Positions 45,597-54,649 of a stretch of DNA of 64,000 bases are shown piece after piece. Position 1 is the first letter of the stretch. Each line of letters begins with the position of its first letter. The stretch is from Chloroflexota bacterium (GTDB lineage Bacteria; Chloroflexota; Anaerolineae; Anaerolineales; UBA4823). The notes below the pieces were generated by a model. The model saw only the letters and a list, made by a program, of their open reading frames with translations. It had not been told where the DNA came from and did no database searches. The stretch is from NCBI GenBank assembly GCA_029265355.1, contig JAJUJL010000005.1, positions 168,339 through 232,338 of the forward strand, read 5' to 3'. Both the position numbers and the translations under genes were made by a program.

Positions 45597-47609
45597 ATGC
45601 CTTTGATTACCGCCTCTAACCTGTCCCGCTCATTCGGGGCAGTCGATATTTTTACCGGCATCTCGCTCAGCATTCCGCATGGGGCGCGCATTGCCATCGT
45701 GGGGCCGAATGGAATTGGCAAAACCACGCTGATCCGCATCTTGATCGCCCTGGATGAGCCCACGACCGGCAGCGTGCAGCGCGCTCGGGACCTGAAAATT
45801 GGCTACCTGCCGCAGGAGGCGGCCCTGCAGGGCAGCCACAGCGTGTGGCAGGAATGTCTGAATGCGATGCAGGATTTGTTGGAGATAGAAGCCGAGCTGA
45901 CCTCGTTGGAAGCCGCCATGAGCAACCCGGGGCACGCTGACCAGGCCCTGGAACGCTACAGCGGGCTGCAGGCCGAATTCGAGCGGCGCGGCGGTTACAG
46001 CTATGAAACGCGCATTCGCCAGGTGCTGGCTGGATTGGGTTTCGATAGCGGTGATTACCAACGCCCCATCACACAGCTCTCCGGCGGGCAGCGCACACGC
46101 CTGGTGCTGGCGCGCTTGCTGCTCTCTGAGCCTGATCTGTTGGTGCTGGATGAGCCGACCAATCACCTGGACATGCAGGCTGTAGAATGGCTGGAAGGAT
46201 ACCTTTCGCAGTGGGCAGGAGCAGTGCTGATTGTCTCCCATGATCGCTATTTCCTGGACCGGGTGGTGGATCGGGTGTGGGAGATGCGCTCCGATGGGTT
46301 GGAGGAGTATCGCGGCAACTACACAGCCTATGTCCAGCAGCGGCAGGAGCGCTGGAACCTGCGCCAGAAATTGTTCGAAGCGGAACAAGAGCGTTTGCTC
46401 AAAGAGCTGGACTATGTCAAGCGCAACATCTCGGGGCAGCGCACGCTGCAAGCCAAAGGCAAGCTGCGCCGCTTGAGCCGCGAAGTGGAAGCCATCGAGA
46501 GCCTGGGTATCGAAGGCGTCCATGGGCGGAGCTGGCTGGAGGTCAGCCAGGAAGCCGACATTTCAACGCACACGTTGAGCGTGGCCGAGGTCGAAAAGCG
46601 CATTCGCTCCCTCAGACCGCCCAGCCACCGCCTGCCGCAGCTAAACCTGCACTTGCGCGCCGCCAATCGCTCCGGCGAGCTGGTGCTGCGCACCTATGAT
46701 CTGAAAATTGGTTACCCGGACGAGGGCCAGCCGCTTTTCACGGTGCCCGACCTGGTGTTCAAGCGCGGCGAGTGCGCTGCGATTATTGGACCCAACGGCG
46801 CAGGTAAAACCACCTTTTTGAAAACGCTCCTGGGTTTACTCGAGCCGCTGTCTGGTAAGCTGGTGCTGGGCGCCAGCCTGGAAGTGGCGTATTTTGCACA
46901 GGCGCATGAAGATCTTCGCCCAGAACGAACGCTGGTGCAGGAGATCGAGTCGGTCAAGTCCAACATGCTGCTGGCAGAGATACGCAGTTACCTGGCGCGT
47001 TTCCTGTTCAGCGGCGAGCAGGTTTTCAATCCGGTCAGCACGCTTTCGGGCGGCGAGCGCGGCCGCCTGGCTTTAGCCAAATTGATGCTCAATGACGCCA
47101 ATCTGCTGCTCCTGGACGAGCCAACCAACCACCTGGATATTCCTTCTCAGGAAATACTGCAAGAGGCGCTGGATGCTTACCAGGGTACCATCCTGCTGGT
47201 ATCTCACGACCGTTACCTGATCGATGCCCTGGCGACGCAGGTCTGGGCAATCGAACCGGATGAGGGCGCCATGCAGGTTTTCGAGGGCAACTACAGCCAG
47301 TACCGAGAATGGAAAGAAGCCCAACGCCTGGCAGAAAGCAGCCTGCGCCAGCAGCAAGCTGCCCAGGCAACGCGTCAAAAAAGCCGCTCGAATGGCTCGG
47401 CTGAGCAGAAACGGCGCAAGCTGCGCCTGGCTCAAGTCGAGAATCACATCGCAGAGCTGGAAACCCGCCTGTCTGAACTGGCCACGCGACTGGAAAACCC
47501 TCCCTCTGATCCTATCAAAGTGCAGCGATGGGGTGAAGAATACGTGCACATCCAGAACGAGATCAACGCCCTGCTGGCCGAATGGGAATCGTTGCACGAG
47601 CAGAGTTGA
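45597..47609 (+). CDS. ABC-F family ATPase
   Basis: Two NBDs (GPNGIGKTT/LSGGQ; GPNGAGKTT/LSGGE, LDEPTNHLD), no TMD, C-terminal coiled coil. Confidence 0.93.
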   Translation: MPLITASNLSRSFGAVDIFTGISLSIPHGARIAIVGPNGIGKTTLIRILIALDEPTTGSVQRARDLKIGYLPQEAALQGSHSVWQECLNAMQDLLEIEAELTSLEAAMSNPGHADQALERYSGLQAEFERRGGYSYETRIRQVLAGLGFDSGDYQRPITQLSGGQRTRLVLARLLLSEPDLLVLDEPTNHLDMQAVEWLEGYLSQWAGAVLIVSHDRYFLDRVVDRVWEMRSDGLEEYRGNYTAYVQQRQERWNLRQKLFEAEQERLLKELDYVKRNISGQRTLQAKGKLRRLSREVEAIESLGIEGVHGRSWLEVSQEADISTHTLSVAEVEKRIRSLRPPSHRLPQLNLHLRAANRSGELVLRTYDLKIGYPDEGQPLFTVPDLVFKRGECAAIIGPNGAGKTTFLKTLLGLLEPLSGKLVLGASLEVAYFAQAHEDLRPERTLVQEIESVKSNMLLAEIRSYLARFLFSGEQVFNPVSTLSGGERGRLALAKLMLNDANLLLLDEPTNHLDIPSQEILQEALDAYQGTILLVSHDRYLIDALATQVWAIEPDEGAMQVFEGNYSQYREWKEAQRLAESSLRQQQAAQATRQKSRSNGSAEQKRRKLRLAQVENHIAELETRLSELATRLENPPSDPIKVQRWGEEYVHIQNEINALLAEWESLHEQS

Positions 47610-47707
47610 TTTGCGGCGACAGGCTGGAAAACGTCCTTCTAGCCTGACTCTCGACACACACCTGCGCTTAATTTTTCTCCTTTTTTTCCTCTGTTACAAT
47701 ACCTGCC

Positions 47708-48964
47708 ATGCGCAAATTTTCCTGGAAAACGATTTTGCTGGTCTTCGTGGGGTTGGCGCTGTTTGCTGCCCTGCTTTACCAGCTCCCTGCAGTGCAGCAG
47801 CGCCTTGGCTGGCGGGTGGATTTTGCCCTGGCGTACGTGCGCGGCGTGATCTCGCCGGTGGGCGAGCTGCCCACGCCGCTTCCCCCGCCCGCGGTCAAGG
47901 TGACCGCCCGCCCCTCGCCCACACCTACCGCCTCCCCCACCCCCCAGGCGACCGGCTCACCCACCCCTGGAGTGACGCCCACACCCACGCTCACCCCTAC
48001 GCCTATCCCGGCGGCGATTTCTTTGACACCCCCGAAGTGGGAGAAGCAAGACGCCAACGCCTGCGGCCCGACCACGCTGGCGTTGGACCTGCGCTATTGG
48101 GGTTGGGAAGGCGATCAATTCACCATTTCTGAGTTGCTCAAGCCGAAGCGCGAAGATCGCAATGTCAATGTCGAAGAGCTGGTTTACTACACGCGCACCC
48201 GCGCCGGCTGGTTGCATGCTGAGTACCGGGTAGGCGGCGACCTGGAGACGCTGAAAAGGTTTATTGCTGCCGGTATTCCCGTGATCATCGAAGAGGCTTT
48301 TACCCTCGAAACCACTTATTGGCCCAACGATGACCGCTGGGCGGCGCACTATAACCTGCTGACTGCCTACGATGACGCTGCGGGAGTTTTCATTGGACAG
48401 GATACCTACCTCGGCGCAGATCAACGCCTGCCGTATGCCAGGCTGGATCGCGATTGGCAGGCGTTCAACCGGGTGTATATCCTGGTTTATCCACCGGAGA
48501 AAGAAGCCCAGGTCAAAGAAATCCTGGGACCCCATTGGGATGTGGATTACAACCGGCAGCAGGCGCTGCAAACCGCCCAGTCTGAAGCTGAAGCTGACCC
48601 AGATAATGCCTTTGCCTGGTTCAATGTGGGCACCAACCTGGTGTACTTCGAGCGCTACGGTGAAGCCGCCGCCGCTTTCGACCGGGCGCGCCAGATTGGC
48701 TTGCCGCAGCGCATGCTGCGCTACCAGTTCACCCCCTTCTTTGCCTACTTTCATTCCCGGCGCATGGAAGACTTGCAGGCGTTGGTGGATTACGCCTTGC
48801 GCATCACCAAGAACAGCGAAGAAGCCCTGCTGTGGCGCGGCTGGTATAAGTACCGCAACGGGGACTCGCTGGGGGCGATGGAAGATTTTCGCCAGGCTCT
48901 GATCGAGAATCCCAATTATGAAGATGCCAAGCTGGCAATCGCCTTCATCACCAATCGCCAATGA
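47708..48964 (+). CDS. C39-like peptidase domain + TPR protein, N-terminal TM and Pro/Thr linker
   Basis: KQDANACGPTTL (Q..C), AHYNLLTAYDD (H..D), TPR motifs. Confidence 0.85.
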   Translation: MRKFSWKTILLVFVGLALFAALLYQLPAVQQRLGWRVDFALAYVRGVISPVGELPTPLPPPAVKVTARPSPTPTASPTPQATGSPTPGVTPTPTLTPTPIPAAISLTPPKWEKQDANACGPTTLALDLRYWGWEGDQFTISELLKPKREDRNVNVEELVYYTRTRAGWLHAEYRVGGDLETLKRFIAAGIPVIIEEAFTLETTYWPNDDRWAAHYNLLTAYDDAAGVFIGQDTYLGADQRLPYARLDRDWQAFNRVYILVYPPEKEAQVKEILGPHWDVDYNRQQALQTAQSEAEADPDNAFAWFNVGTNLVYFERYGEAAAAFDRARQIGLPQRMLRYQFTPFFAYFHSRRMEDLQALVDYALRITKNSEEALLWRGWYKYRNGDSLGAMEDFRQALIENPNYEDAKLAIAFITNRQ

Positions 48965-48979
48965 GCTGCACCGGACTGG

Positions 48980-49381
48980 TCAATCCGCCGGTGTGCGCCC
49001 GCCGGTGAGCTTTCTGGCCAACACGCGCCAGGTCACCAGCCCAAGCAGCCCTCCCACCAGGTCCACACCCAGGTCGAACAATATTCCCGGTAACCAGAAG
49101 ATATCCTGGCTCAAGGTTTGCAAGGCTTCTTGGGAAACGCCCACGACCAGCGCCGCCAGCAGCATGCCCGCCGTGCTGACCGGCGTGAGCGCCAGGCGAA
49201 GGTTCCAGGCGAGCAGCAGGGTGAAGCCGGCGAACAGGAGAATGTGCATCAGCACATGCACCCAATCGGGATAGAATAGAGCATCGAAGTGGCGGCGGAA
49301 GCCAGGCCAAACCTGGCGGAATATCGCCACCGGAAAGAGGATGCCAAACAGCCAGAGCCAGAGCAGCCAGCGCAGGCGCAT
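48980..49381 (-). CDS. Small membrane protein (VanZ-like)
   Basis: HVLMHILLFAG...QEALQ...DLGVDLVGG; 4 hydrophobic segments. Confidence 0.65.
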   Translation of the reverse strand: MRLRWLLWLWLFGILFPVAIFRQVWPGFRRHFDALFYPDWVHVLMHILLFAGFTLLLAWNLRLALTPVSTAGMLLAALVVGVSQEALQTLSQDIFWLPGILFDLGVDLVGGLLGLVTWRVLARKLTGGRTPAD

Positions 49382-49409
49382 GCCCCGATGATAACATACC
49401 CTCGATGGA

Positions 49410-50816
49410 TCAATGTCCCTCTGCACCGCGCGCCAGCCCGGCGGGCTGCGCTTCCTCTTTACCGGGCCGGATATAAATCAGCGCCGCCACCAGCAGAGCA
49501 GCCATCAGCAGACCCGCCAGCAAGAAGGGGGCGGTGGAGCCCAATGCCTGGAAGATCGCCCCTCCCAGCAGCGGCGCAATGGCGTTGGCGCCGCTCAAGA
49601 ATGCGGCGGAGATGCCCAACATGCCGCCCACCTCGCTACGCTCGATGCGCTTGGTGATCAGGCTGTTGATGCTGGGCTGCAGCACGCCGCCGCCGATCGA
49701 AGCCGGCACCATGGCGACCAGAATCCATACCAGGCCAAGCCATCCCTTGTGGTCATCCGGCGGCAGCTCGACTGCCAGGTGGCGTGTGGTGGGGTTCTCG
49801 TGGGTGCGGAAATCACCGCTGGCGCTCAGCTCAGCTTGCAGCGCTGCTCGCGAATAAGATGGCAGCGGCTGGCGCGGTGTCAACGCCGTCAGCGTCAGAC
49901 CTATCGCCAGGGCCGCCAGGCCCAGGTAGATTAAGCGCCGGTCGCCAAGCTTACGGCTCCAGGGACCAATGAAGCCGCCCTGCACCGCAACGACCAGGAT
50001 GCCGACGAAGACGAAGATGATGGCGTTGCCGGAGGCATTCAGCCCCAGGCGATTGAGGGTGAAAAGCGCCAGTAACTGCTCGAAGCCGCCGAAAGCAATT
50101 TGCTGGAAGAACATCAGCGCCAACAGCAAGCCCACCGTCGGATGGCGCAGCGCCTCGAGCATGGCGCTGATCGAAAAAGCCGCTTTGCGACTGCTCTCCC
50201 CGCGCTGCTCGGCAGGCAGCGACTCTTCCAACCAGAACCAGGTCAACAGCACCGAAAGCAGCGAGAAACCAGCCGCGACGAAAGCTGGTACGCGGTAATC
50301 ATTGCCGCTTGCCGCCAGCGAGACGAAGGCGATGATCGGGCCGATGACAAAGCCCAATCCGAAAGCCGCCCCCAGCAGGCCCAGCCCCTGGGTGCGCGTC
50401 TTTTCACTGGTGTTGTCGGTGATCACTGCCTGCGCGGTGGAGATGTTGGCGCCAGAGAGACCGTCGATGATGCGGGCGGCGAACAGCAGCCACAACGAGT
50501 TGGCAAACCCCAGCAAGAGAAAGCCCAAAAATGTGCCGATCTGGCTGATCACCAGCACCGGCTTGCGTCCGTAGCGGTCCGAGAGGCGCCCCAGCAGCGG
50601 CGCGCCGATGAACTGCATCACGGGATAGGCTGCCCCTAGCAGGCCGATGACCAGCGCATTGGCGCCGAACGACGTGGCGTACAGCGGCATGAGCGGGATA
50701 ATGACGGTCAGGCCTAGCAGGTCGATCAGCACAATAACGAATACCGGCAGAATTTTCTTGAAATTCAGCCGCTCTTCAGGGGCGACCGCGGGGATCGGTT
50801 TTGTTTGGTTACTCAT
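49410..50816 (-). CDS. TetA-like MFS efflux transporter
   Basis: IDLLGLTVIIPLMP, LGRLSDRYGRKPVL, ARIIDGLSGAN. Confidence 0.92.
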   Translation of the reverse strand: MSNQTKPIPAVAPEERLNFKKILPVFVIVLIDLLGLTVIIPLMPLYATSFGANALVIGLLGAAYPVMQFIGAPLLGRLSDRYGRKPVLVISQIGTFLGFLLLGFANSLWLLFAARIIDGLSGANISTAQAVITDNTSEKTRTQGLGLLGAAFGLGFVIGPIIAFVSLAASGNDYRVPAFVAAGFSLLSVLLTWFWLEESLPAEQRGESSRKAAFSISAMLEALRHPTVGLLLALMFFQQIAFGGFEQLLALFTLNRLGLNASGNAIIFVFVGILVVAVQGGFIGPWSRKLGDRRLIYLGLAALAIGLTLTALTPRQPLPSYSRAALQAELSASGDFRTHENPTTRHLAVELPPDDHKGWLGLVWILVAMVPASIGGGVLQPSINSLITKRIERSEVGGMLGISAAFLSGANAIAPLLGGAIFQALGSTAPFLLAGLLMAALLVAALIYIRPGKEEAQPAGLARGAEGH

Positions 50817-50920
50817 ACTATGCCTGGCTCCTCAAGCGTTTGAAAATATGCCCTCACCGGCTGTGGCTGCGACCGGGCGCATCCCAGCCAGGGCAACTAT
50901 ACAACCCCCTGTCTTGCTCG

Positions 50921-51826
50921 TCAAGTCGCTCCCGCGCTGAGACGTTTTACGTCACCTAAAACATCACGGGCGCGGTCTATGCCAGCCTGCAGCGAGCGTT
51001 GTATGCTTGATTGTGAAAAATCCAGCGTATCTCCCAGCGGCTCCAGCGGTGAGATGACCTTGCACTCGTAATACTTGTATGGGCGGCCGGAGGGGTGATA
51101 AAGGGTCACCCCCTGGGCCTGCGCCTGTTTCACCAGGTGATTGATGCGCAGGAATTCGCGCACGTCGCTGGCAAACAGCTCATCCAGCAAGATATCCAGC
51201 GTGCGCAGCCCAATTTTGGCGATATCTCTGGGGGCTTCCGACAGCCCTGTGAACTGCTCGGGGTTGCAGTTGATGATCACGATCTCGCTGGGGTCGGCGT
51301 CCAGCACATCGCCGATCGGGCTGATGTTGCGCACCCCCCCGTCCACCATGCTCCTGTGTTCATCAGAGATGTCCACCGGCTCCCAGATGATGGGCATCAC
51401 CGTGGATGCCAGGATGGCTTTTTCCAGGTTGGGATCGTGGGCGCGAAATTCGACATACTCGCCGCTGACCAGCGATACGGCGCCCACGCGCAGATCGGCG
51501 TGGATGCGTTCAGGCTCAAATTCCTGGCGCAGCAGGCGCTGCAGAGGCTGGTTGCTGTAGAAGGATTTGGCGCCGAACAGCAGGCGGATCACGGAGAGGA
51601 GGTTGAAGCCACCGGTGTAAACCTGCTCGTCGGAGATGGTGTTCCAGATTTCCATCAGGCGGGCGTACTTTTCCATTGCCAGCATGGCGCCGTTCAGCGC
51701 GCCGACCGAGACGCCGGCGATGATATCCCAGCGGTAGCCCTTGACTTCGCGGGCATAGCGCTCTGCCCCCGCCTGAAAGGCGCCCTTAGCGCCGCCGCCG
51801 CTGAGCACAAGTGCAGTCTTTTTCAC
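50921..51826 (-). CDS. Patatin-like phospholipase
   Basis: LSGGGAKG, GVSVG nucleophile elbow, DGG. Confidence 0.93.
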   Translation of the reverse strand: MKKTALVLSGGGAKGAFQAGAERYAREVKGYRWDIIAGVSVGALNGAMLAMEKYARLMEIWNTISDEQVYTGGFNLLSVIRLLFGAKSFYSNQPLQRLLRQEFEPERIHADLRVGAVSLVSGEYVEFRAHDPNLEKAILASTVMPIIWEPVDISDEHRSMVDGGVRNISPIGDVLDADPSEIVIINCNPEQFTGLSEAPRDIAKIGLRTLDILLDELFASDVREFLRINHLVKQAQAQGVTLYHPSGRPYKYYECKVISPLEPLGDTLDFSQSSIQRSLQAGIDRARDVLGDVKRLSAGAT

Positions 51827-51855
51827 AACAGCTCCTCCATCCGCCAGGGAACTTC

Positions 51856-51986
51856 AAAAACAGCCCCGCGGCAGTTCTGCCCTCAGACCTGGTCGATTGC
51901 CCGACCAGACAGTGAGACTGGCCGGGCAACACTTGTGCCGGCATCCATGCCCACCAGTCTGCTGGCAGGTTCATACCGCAGGGCTG
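51856..51986 (-). ncRNA. Candidate structured leader or sRNA upstream of the patatin gene
   Basis: Nested stems: 11-bp closing stem, 5-bp stem, two 7-bp stems, then a T5 run. No known family recognised. Confidence 0.3.
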
Positions 51987-52028
51987 TCCGCAGTTAATGC
52001 AAGAGCCGTGCCGCCTGCGCGCTGCGCA

Positions 52029-54551
52029 TCACCTGGGTTCCAGGGTCAAGATGTCATGCGGGCCGCTCTCCACCTGCTGACGCTCCCAGTTGGAGGCGTG
52101 GTAGCGGAAGTTGCGCCAGTCATCGATGAGGTGATCGTACATAGGGTGGAGAGGATGGCCGCTCTGCCCCAGGCTGTGGATCATGCGCGAGTTGCCCAGG
52201 TTGCCCAGGTCGATCACCTGGCGCAGGGCCGGGATACAGGTCACCTCGTAGCCGCGGGTGGCATTCCAACAGGTCTTCTGCGGCACCGATTCGCTGCCAT
52301 GAGTGGGGAAAGGCCCGCGATTAAAGATATCTTCGATGAGCTTGATCCCCGACCTGCCCAGCGTGGCATGGCGGTAGAAAATGGTGTGCAAATCGCCCCA
52401 GCGCCATTGGTTAAAGTCGGAGCCAAAGCGCTCAAGGCCCTCAGTATAAGCGGCCTGGAACGAGCGCTTCAGGATATCATCGCGCGTCTCGAGCGTCTCG
52501 GCGCTATCCAGCTTATCCCACCAGACTTTGCCGGGCTGCTGCAGCAAAAAATACATCGCATCGGATATTTCGTGGTTTCCGTTGGGGCGGAAGTTGGCTG
52601 GCACCTGGTCGGTGTAAGTTTCCTCCAGCAGGCGCTTCCAGAAGATGTTGAACAGCGCTGCCTCTGGGCTATCCATTCTCATCTGTGCATCCCAGCCCAG
52701 CAGTCGGTCGCGAGCGGCGGCGACTGCGGGGTCGTCGAAGGACAGCTCCTTCAGGTAGGGAATGATCTCCAGCGCCGACAGGCTCTGGTTGTCGGTCTGG
52801 ATGGCAATCATATCATCCACCGTGATGCCGTCCCGGTCGCCTTCGATCAGGCTGGTAATGCGCTGCGCCCGCTGGCCACGGTCGTGGCTGACGCTCAGCA
52901 GGTAGGGATATTCTTCGTAGCGCACCTGCGGGTTATTGGCGGTGACGATGAAACCGCGCTCCGGGTTGAAGGCTTTGGGCATTTCCTCGTAGGGGATGAA
53001 GCCGATCCAGCGGTAATCATCATTCCAGCCAGGCACAGGCAGCGAGCCGTCGCCGCCAGCGCGGATGGGCACCTTGCCGGGCAGCACGTAACCGATATTG
53101 CCATCCACATCGGCGTAAATCCAGTTCTGCTTGCCGGCGTCGAAATAACTCAGCGCATTGACAAAATCGTCCCAGTTTTGAGCGCGGTTCACCATCGAGA
53201 CGGCGCGCAGCGACTGCACTGGCTCCAGGGCGGTCCAGGCAAAGGACAGGGCGTACAACTGGGTTTGATCGCCATCATAAGAGAACGGTTTCTGGCTGAC
53301 CATGTAGTCGCTGGCGACCACGCCGTTGCGCGTGCTGCGCACGAAAAATACCACCGGCTCGTCCTGCCCGCGCACGCGGATCTCTTCGCGGCGGATGTCC
53401 ATATCCACCCATTCGCCGTTGACTTCATACTGGTTGGGGTTTTCCGGGTTGATGCGTTCGATGAACACATCTTCAGCGTCGAAGGAAGCGTTGGTCAGTC
53501 CCCAGGCGATGCGGTCGTTGTGGCCAATCAGGATGCCCGGCACCCCGGGCAGGGAAAAGCCGCGGAAATTGTACGGGCAGGTTTGGGTTTTCTCCTTGCA
53601 ATGCATGCCGATCTCATACCACAGCGCCGGGGCGTTGACCGACATGTGCGGATCATTGGCCAGCATCGGTTCGCCGGTGCTGGTGCGCTTGCCGGAAACC
53701 ACGAAACTGTTCGAGCCGCCGCTCAATCCGAAGCCCAACTCAGCCAGCAGGGCTGGTTCTTGAGAGACAGCCTGGATATCCTGCCACAAGTCGGCGATGG
53801 CTTGCAATTCAACCTGGCTGAAAGCGGGTCTGTTGATCGCGGCGCCTTGCTGGATCAATTCTTCGCTTTCCAATATTGTGGGACGATCCTCACGATAGGG
53901 CGGGTTCAGCTCAGCGTAGCGCTCCTTGCCCACGGCTGCCAGCAACTCGATATTGCGGATGTCGTCGTTGGGCTGTGAGCCCTGATCGTAGATCATCATT
54001 TCAGCCCAGATCATCGAGTCGACCGGTGTCCAGGGTTCGACCTCGAATTTGACCCCCTGCATCCCCAGCAGGGCAAACTCCAAACCGAGCTGGGCCGGTT
54101 TGCGGTTGGAGATGTAGGCATTCACACCTGCCGTATAAGCGTCGATCACGCTGCGCGTATCCGCGTCCAGCATCTGGTAAGAGCGGGTGGTCAGGCCGTG
54201 GAAGTTGAAGTGGCGCAGGTAGCGATCTGTTTCCAGCGTGTTGGCGCCGAAAATTTCGGACAGGCGACCAGCAGCCGTGCGCCGCTGGAATTCCATTTGC
54301 CAGAAGCGCTCCTGGGCATGCACATAGCCCTGGGCGAAAAACAGGTCTTCCGTCGTGCTGGCATAGATGTGCGCCACGCCGTACTGGTCGCGCACGATCT
54401 CCACAGTCTGTGCCAGTCCTTCCAGTCGCACCGTGCCGCTTGTTTTCGGGATTGCCTGGCGGGTGAACCAGTACACGTAGCCGCCCGCAGCGGAGGCCAG
54501 GACGGCGATGACCAAGACAATTATTGCAATGACGCGAATCGATCGAGACAT
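52029..54551 (-). CDS. Penicillin/AHL acylase family (S45 Ntn hydrolase), N-terminal membrane anchor
   Basis: RDQYGVAHIYA, FFAQGYVHAQERFWQM, GGSNSFVVSG (catalytic Ser), LANDPH, GQSGHP. Confidence 0.93.
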   Translation of the reverse strand: MSRSIRVIAIIVLVIAVLASAAGGYVYWFTRQAIPKTSGTVRLEGLAQTVEIVRDQYGVAHIYASTTEDLFFAQGYVHAQERFWQMEFQRRTAAGRLSEIFGANTLETDRYLRHFNFHGLTTRSYQMLDADTRSVIDAYTAGVNAYISNRKPAQLGLEFALLGMQGVKFEVEPWTPVDSMIWAEMMIYDQGSQPNDDIRNIELLAAVGKERYAELNPPYREDRPTILESEELIQQGAAINRPAFSQVELQAIADLWQDIQAVSQEPALLAELGFGLSGGSNSFVVSGKRTSTGEPMLANDPHMSVNAPALWYEIGMHCKEKTQTCPYNFRGFSLPGVPGILIGHNDRIAWGLTNASFDAEDVFIERINPENPNQYEVNGEWVDMDIRREEIRVRGQDEPVVFFVRSTRNGVVASDYMVSQKPFSYDGDQTQLYALSFAWTALEPVQSLRAVSMVNRAQNWDDFVNALSYFDAGKQNWIYADVDGNIGYVLPGKVPIRAGGDGSLPVPGWNDDYRWIGFIPYEEMPKAFNPERGFIVTANNPQVRYEEYPYLLSVSHDRGQRAQRITSLIEGDRDGITVDDMIAIQTDNQSLSALEIIPYLKELSFDDPAVAAARDRLLGWDAQMRMDSPEAALFNIFWKRLLEETYTDQVPANFRPNGNHEISDAMYFLLQQPGKVWWDKLDSAETLETRDDILKRSFQAAYTEGLERFGSDFNQWRWGDLHTIFYRHATLGRSGIKLIEDIFNRGPFPTHGSESVPQKTCWNATRGYEVTCIPALRQVIDLGNLGNSRMIHSLGQSGHPLHPMYDHLIDDWRNFRYHASNWERQQVESGPHDILTLEPR

Positions 54552-54649
54552 AAAGCTGCTCCCTCCCAATCATCCTGCGAATCTTTCGAGCGCTGGCGAG
54601 TCGCCCAGGCTGGTGCAGATTCTATCAAATATGCCCGTGAATCGGTCGC

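Noticed and set aside
47870-48015. Repetitive CCCAC/ACGCC-rich DNA
   Set aside because: Encodes a Pro/Thr linker, not a CRISPR array or satellite.
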